NCBI GenBank assembly: GCA_045638055.1
Contig: JAZUAR010000170.1
Coordinates: forward strand, 1 to 39,774
Direction: 5' to 3'
Source of the DNA: Candidatus Avispirillum sp.
Lineage (GTDB): Bacteria; Bacillota; Clostridia; Oscillospirales; CAG-272
DNA length: 39,774 bases
The notes under the pieces were generated by a model. It did no database searches. It was given only the letters and a program-made list of their open reading frames with translations, and was not told the DNA's origin. Positions 35,810 through 39,774 of the stretch are shown here, piece by piece (the first letter of the stretch is position 1; the number at the start of each line of letters is the position of its first letter). The translations under genes and the position numbers were made by a program.

Positions 35810-37050
35810 CAAACACAGAAAGAATTCAATTGCACAATGAAATGCTTCGGGAGTGTATTGAAACTGCCGAGAGCCTCCCTGATGCAGGTGGCGGCACAGC
35901 ACAAATCGAAGAAAAAGACGTAACCTTCATCGACTATGACGGAACTATTCTGCATTCGTATTCCTTTGAGGAAGCAGAAGTGTTAACCGAAATGCCGCCC
36001 TTGCCCGAGCAAGAGGGGTTGACCTGTCAGGGATGGAACGGGTATCTGCCAGATATAAAGGTTTATGCTGCACGCCGACAGAAGGTGTATGTCGGTGCGA
36101 TGTATATTACCGATGACGGTAAAACAAGGGTTTATATCACACTCTTGCCGAATACTCTTTCTCCCCAAGTGAGATTTGCAACAACGGGCACAGTGCTTAT
36201 AGATTGGGGAGATGGCTCGACTACAACTGTAACAGGAACAAGCCAAACATCTGCTAAAACTGCTGCACACGAATATGCATCAGCAGGTGATTATATTATC
36301 ACTTATGAGGTGCAAAATGGCGGAATGTATCTGCTTGGTTCCAGTAGCAGTGGTGCATATTTGATGTACAGTTCTGATGCTAACCTCAGAAGAAGTTACC
36401 AAGCTACTGTGAGAAAGATAGAACTTGGTGCTAACACTTATTGCAACGCAAACTACAGTTTGGGGTATTTCGGAAAAATGGAAACCATCACATTGCCGAG
36501 TGGTTTAACATCTCTTGGTGCAGGTATCTTGAATTATTGTTATTCTCTGAAAAGTCTGGTCGTTCCTAAAACAGTATTGTCTGATATTGCGATCAGAAAC
36601 AGCTGGAGTTTGCAGAGAATCTCTCTCTCAAAGGGTATCATAGGAATTGGTGACAACGGATTCCGTGATTCTGCGCTAACTTACATCTTATTCCCGGACG
36701 GATTTGAAAGCATTGGACCATACGCCTTCTTCACAACTCCGCTCAAAAATGTGGTAATCCCGGAAAGTGTTGACACGATTGATGCCTTTGCTTTTTCAGC
36801 CTGCTATTTGATGGAAACGGTGGTCATCAGTAACGGTGCGTGTGTCATTGCAGCAGATGCATTTTCAAACTGCTATACTGTGCTGTATTTTGATTTCACG
36901 AGATGCACCAGTGTTCCTACACTTGAAAGCGCAGATGCATTCGACAATGTTTCACCGCTTTGTGAGTTCCGTGTTCCTGCCGCTCTCTACGATGAGTGGG
37001 TCGCAGCCACTAATTGGTCTGCGTTTGCAGAACAAATTATCGCCGTATAA
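35800..37050 (+). CDS. Leucine-rich repeat (BspA/LRR_5-like) protein, putative receptor-binding fibre
   Basis: VTFIDYDGT...LTCQGWN repeat-like segment, PKD-like IDWGDGS...HEYASAGDY, LRRs (ILFPDGFESIGPYAF, VVIPESVDTIDAFAFSAC), C-cap VPTLESADAF...RVPAALYDEWVAATNWS. Confidence 0.85.
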   Translation: MAMTNTERIQLHNEMLRECIETAESLPDAGGGTAQIEEKDVTFIDYDGTILHSYSFEEAEVLTEMPPLPEQEGLTCQGWNGYLPDIKVYAARRQKVYVGAMYITDDGKTRVYITLLPNTLSPQVRFATTGTVLIDWGDGSTTTVTGTSQTSAKTAAHEYASAGDYIITYEVQNGGMYLLGSSSSGAYLMYSSDANLRRSYQATVRKIELGANTYCNANYSLGYFGKMETITLPSGLTSLGAGILNYCYSLKSLVVPKTVLSDIAIRNSWSLQRISLSKGIIGIGDNGFRDSALTYILFPDGFESIGPYAFFTTPLKNVVIPESVDTIDAFAFSACYLMETVVISNGACVIAADAFSNCYTVLYFDFTRCTSVPTLESADAFDNVSPLCEFRVPAALYDEWVAATNWSAFAEQIIAV

Positions 37051-37063
37051 AGGAGAGATGTGT

Positions 37064-37261
37064 ATGGCAATTATTACTGAATATTTTAAAACACGTAAAG
37101 ACGGAGTGGTGCTTAATCGCACCTACTCCGACATCGGCAAGAAACTCATCCGTAATGACGGAGTTGTGTACGATGAAGCTATCGACATCGAAGGTTGCGG
37201 ACACAGCTACACCGAAAGCACAGAGGATGTGTTTGTCCCGGAAGGGTTTGAAGAGGGGTGA
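37064..37261 (+). CDS. Small acidic phage protein (65 aa), possible fibre assembly chaperone
   Basis: AAGGAG RBS; MAIITEYFKTRKDGVVLNRTYSDIGKKLIRNDGVVYDEAID...YTES; directly follows the LRR gene. Confidence 0.65.
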   Translation: MAIITEYFKTRKDGVVLNRTYSDIGKKLIRNDGVVYDEAIDIEGCGHSYTESTEDVFVPEGFEEG

Positions 37262-37266
37262 TACCA

Positions 37267-37605
37267 ATGGATATAACTCCCGAAATCATATGGAGTGCTG
37301 TCCTTGCGGCGGCGAGTGCCTTCGTTCTTCTTTCAAATGCCTTTGAGAAAATCGTCAAGGCTTACAAGACCGCAAAAGCTCCGAATGTCAAGCAGGACGA
37401 AAGAATAGCGGAGCTTGAAAAGTGGCGAGAAAAGGTAGACAGACGGCTCTCAAACGATGATGACCGACTCCGTGATATCGAGAAAGGAGACCGAGCTACG
37501 CAGCGAGCGTTGCTTGCCCTGCTCGATCACGGAATAGATGGCAATAACATCAAGCAGATGCAGGATGCCAAGGAAGAGCTTCAGAATCATTTAATCAACA
37601 GATAG
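37267..37605 (+). CDS. Single-TM coiled-coil phage lysis-region protein (holin-associated)
   Basis: N-terminal hydrophobic helix, charged coiled coil, ALLALLDHGIDGNN; GAGGGGTG RBS; lies upstream of the endolysin. Confidence 0.7.
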   Translation: MDITPEIIWSAVLAAASAFVLLSNAFEKIVKAYKTAKAPNVKQDERIAELEKWREKVDRRLSNDDDRLRDIEKGDRATQRALLALLDHGIDGNNIKQMQDAKEELQNHLINR

Positions 37606-37615
37606 GAGGCAAATT

Positions 37616-37792
37616 ATGCTTAAAAACATCGCAAACCTTATCAAGGTGAAGACTATCGTTACGTTTATCGTGCTTCTGATTTTTGCTGTGCTCAGCCTGA
37701 AGGGTAACATTTCTCCCGATAACGTGATGATTATCACGACCTCGGTGATCTCGTTCTACTTCGGCACTCAGCACGAGAAAAAGGAGGGGTAA
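37616..37792 (+). CDS. Putative small holin, 58 aa (below the ORF-track cutoff)
   Basis: AGGAGG RBS; MLKNIANLIKVKTIVTFIVLLIFAVLSLKGNISPDNVMIITTSVISFYFGTQHEKKEG: two TM segments, FYFGTQ motif, charged tail; stop 1 nt before the amidase start. Confidence 0.8.
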   Translation: MLKNIANLIKVKTIVTFIVLLIFAVLSLKGNISPDNVMIITTSVISFYFGTQHEKKEG

Positions 37793-37793
37793 G

Positions 37794-38837
37794 ATGGACG
37801 TTACAAAGAATCTTGTCCCCGCGGACAAGTATTATCTCAAATGCCCTTACAGTATGGAGGCTGAGTTTTTCGTTGTACATAACACGGCAAACGATGCCTC
37901 TGCAAGAGATGAGATCGCTTATATGATAAGAAACGATCTTGAGAAATCCTTCCACTATGCTATTGATGATAAAGAGGTGGTTCAGGGTATTCCCGAAAGC
38001 AGAAATGCGTGGCACGCGGGAGACGGCAAAAACGGCAAGGGCAACAGATGCGGCATCGGTATTGAGATCTGCTATTCCCTTTCAGGCGGTGAGCGATTCA
38101 TTGCGGCTGAACAGAGGGCGGCTAAGTTTATTGCAAAAAAGCTTAAAGCCAAAGGATGGGGCATTGACCGAGTAAAGAAGCATCAGGACTTTGACGGCAA
38201 ATACTGCCCTCACCGAACTCTCGATATGGGTTGGCAGAGATTTATCAATATGATAAAGGCAGAGATGTATATCCCCGGTGAGCTTGTGGGAAACGATGTT
38301 CCCCGCGGCGCCGATGACCTTGTGCTCTATTTCAAGGGGCTTTCCGGAAATGGAAGAACAGGCACAAATCAGTGGGGATATGAGGTTGCCATCGACAAGA
38401 ACGGTGTTGTGCTTGAAGATCCTCACTATTCGGGTAACACCAAGATTCCCGTAGGGGGCAAGGTTCTTTCGGGCCACGGCAAGGCGGGCGAATGGATAAA
38501 GGCGAATATCAGAAAGGGCTATACCGTCTGGTTTGATAATGCAGCCCACGTTTCGGCAGGTGTTCATCGCTCCGTTGACCGATTCAACGGAATCCGAGGC
38601 GCAAATGAGCTTGTTGTCTACGACAAAGGCGAGAAATCCAACACCAACATTTGGGGCTGGGAGGTTGCCGTGAATTCAAAGGGGCACGTTACAAAGAAGC
38701 GCTACGGCGGCAAGACCGCCATTCCCGAGGGCGGATTCGTTCTCTCGGGTCACGGTGACGCTGCAAACTGGATCAATAAAAATATCAAAATTTCGGATAA
38801 AGTTAAAATAGTTGGGAACATTGTTGGGGTGAAATAG
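37794..38837 (+). CDS. N-acetylmuramoyl-L-alanine amidase (Amidase_2, CwlA/XlyA-like endolysin) with duplicated C-terminal domain
   Basis: VVHNTANDASA, SFHYAIDD, RNAWHAGDG, IGIEICYS, HQDFDGKYCPHR; no signal peptide; two ~80 aa repeats at the C-terminus. Confidence 0.92.
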   Translation: MDVTKNLVPADKYYLKCPYSMEAEFFVVHNTANDASARDEIAYMIRNDLEKSFHYAIDDKEVVQGIPESRNAWHAGDGKNGKGNRCGIGIEICYSLSGGERFIAAEQRAAKFIAKKLKAKGWGIDRVKKHQDFDGKYCPHRTLDMGWQRFINMIKAEMYIPGELVGNDVPRGADDLVLYFKGLSGNGRTGTNQWGYEVAIDKNGVVLEDPHYSGNTKIPVGGKVLSGHGKAGEWIKANIRKGYTVWFDNAAHVSAGVHRSVDRFNGIRGANELVVYDKGEKSNTNIWGWEVAVNSKGHVTKKRYGGKTAIPEGGFVLSGHGDAANWINKNIKISDKVKIVGNIVGVK

Positions 38838-38867
38838 AAAACAGACAGGCTTTGCCTGTCTGTTTTT
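38838..38867. terminator. Bidirectional intrinsic terminator
   Basis: AAAACAGACAGGC-ttt-GCCTGTCTGTTTTT between convergent genes. Confidence 0.9.
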
Positions 38868-39506
38868 CTATTTGATTTCCACATTGTGTCTTGAACCAAC
38901 AGATGTAAAGAGGTTTGAAAGGAACGTGTCAGGAGAGGAAATTGCATAACAAAGATAAAATACTTTTCCGTCGATCGTTACAAGATCTTTTGTTGCCTTA
39001 ATACCGTCAACGTATATATCCTTATCTGATTGTTTATCCAGATATAAAAAGCTTATGGACTTTTTGCCCTGTGAGGTATTTATATTTGTGAAATAATAGT
39101 AATTTCCGTTTTCCTCATGCTCTTTTAAACAAAAGTACGCAAATCCGCCGTCAAAGGAAAGGGTGTTATCATCGTTATGCTTTAAAATACGGATAGCATA
39201 GTACTCTTCTTTTGTTCCGTCAAAGTTGTCGCAAAAGCTGTAAAATACAATTGTATTATCTTCATACTCAAAGCTATATACAACCTCATAGGGCGGGCAA
39301 TAATCAAGGCTGGTATCAGACTCTTCCCTTTCATATGCCTCCAGAGCACCGATTGCCTCCTCGGCAGACGTGAATTTCTGATCTTTTAAAACAACGTTTG
39401 AGTAATCAATCAAATTAGTAAAAAGAATGTTTCCGAGAAATACACCAAGAACCATGACTACAATGATCGCAACAGCAATCGCTGACATTATCAGTTTTCT
39501 TTTCAT
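38868..39506 (-). CDS. Hypothetical membrane-anchored/exported protein
   Basis: GGAG RBS before MKRKLIMSAIAV at 39506; N-terminal TM/signal; AT-rich; no recognisable motif. Confidence 0.7.
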   Translation of the reverse strand: MKRKLIMSAIAVAIIVVMVLGVFLGNILFTNLIDYSNVVLKDQKFTSAEEAIGALEAYEREESDTSLDYCPPYEVVYSFEYEDNTIVFYSFCDNFDGTKEEYYAIRILKHNDDNTLSFDGGFAYFCLKEHEENGNYYYFTNINTSQGKKSISFLYLDKQSDKDIYVDGIKATKDLVTIDGKVFYLCYAISSPDTFLSNLFTSVGSRHNVEIK

Positions 39507-39603
39507 GACAATTACTCCAAGTTTATAAATACATATTGACGTACGTGGTTGTAAATTAATTATACACAAGCAGTCTACACTTGTCAAGCCGCGGTGTTCT
39601 GCT

Positions 39604-39658
39604 TTCGACTCCCGGTTCAATGGCCCACCAAAGAAAAAAAGCACCCATAAGGGTGCTT
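39604..39658 (+). other. Degenerate tRNA 3'-end-like fragment followed by a hairpin
   Basis: TTCGACTCCCGGTTCAATGGCCCACCA then AAGCACCC-ataa-GGGTGCTT; no D or anticodon arm can be folded. Confidence 0.4.
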
Positions 39659-39665
39659 AAAATAA

Positions 39666-39774
39666 ATGAAATCGCGCAAAGCGCGATGAAATCCGAGCAA
39701 TGCTCGGATGAAATCTGCTTCGCAGATGAAATTAAATCCGTGCATCTCCCGACAAAGTCGGATTTCATCACGAA
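39666..39774. repeat. REP-like array of short hairpins joined by GATGAAATC (truncated by window end)
   Basis: ATCGCGC-aaa-GCGCGAT, ATCCGAGC-aat-GCTCGGAT, ATCTGC-ttc-GCAGAT separated by GAA; CCGAC-aaa-GTCGG; inverted copy GATTTCATC at 39761. Confidence 0.75.

Larger units (their letters stand above)
34327..38866 (+). mobile_element. Phage-derived tail-tip and lysis cassette (prophage remnant or domesticated module)
   Basis: Seven co-oriented, tightly coupled phage-type genes in canonical tail-fibre/holin/endolysin order; no integrase, head or replication genes in the window. Confidence 0.75.

Noticed and set aside
34327-37261. Diversity-generating retroelement or invertase shufflon acting on the fibre genes
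   Set aside because: No reverse transcriptase, recombinase, template/variable repeat pair or inverted cassettes visible in the window.
39560-39630. Complete tRNA gene
   Set aside because: Only 3'-end-like words are present; acceptor, D and anticodon stems cannot be formed.

Overview
Chromosomal window from a spore-forming, low-GC Gram-positive anaerobe (Clostridia-type gene content; the taxon is inferred, not proven). It is mostly minus-strand housekeeping DNA. In order: the 5' end of spoIVA, a lipoprotein, a membrane protein and a class A PBP; a compact run nusB-tsaD-like-xseAB-ispA-tlyA-nadK-argR-recN-tyrS-HAD-murB-whiA-dnaE; a nucleoside catabolism operon (deoC-deoD-deoB-cdd-udp); an orphan glycyl-radical activase; ddh; an AT-rich ECF sigma/anti-sigma islet; a C39-like peptidase; and a BMP-type nucleoside ABC transporter. 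Three accessory signals stand out. (1) A ~550 bp gene-free interval (23.3-23.9 kb) holds two tandem units, each a sigmaA promoter sharing the 13-mer AATCGGATATACT followed by a 67-79 nt self-closing structured RNA and a U-tract. (2) A stand-alone phage tail-tip plus lysis cassette (34.3-38.9 kb: BppU-like protein, adapter-fibre protein, LRR protein, small chaperone-like protein, two membrane proteins, amidase with an unusual duplicated C-terminal domain) has no integrase, capsid or replication genes in view. (3) A tRNA-3'-like remnant and a GATGAAATC hairpin array lie at the right edge. All calls come from motif recognition by eye; no database searches were run.
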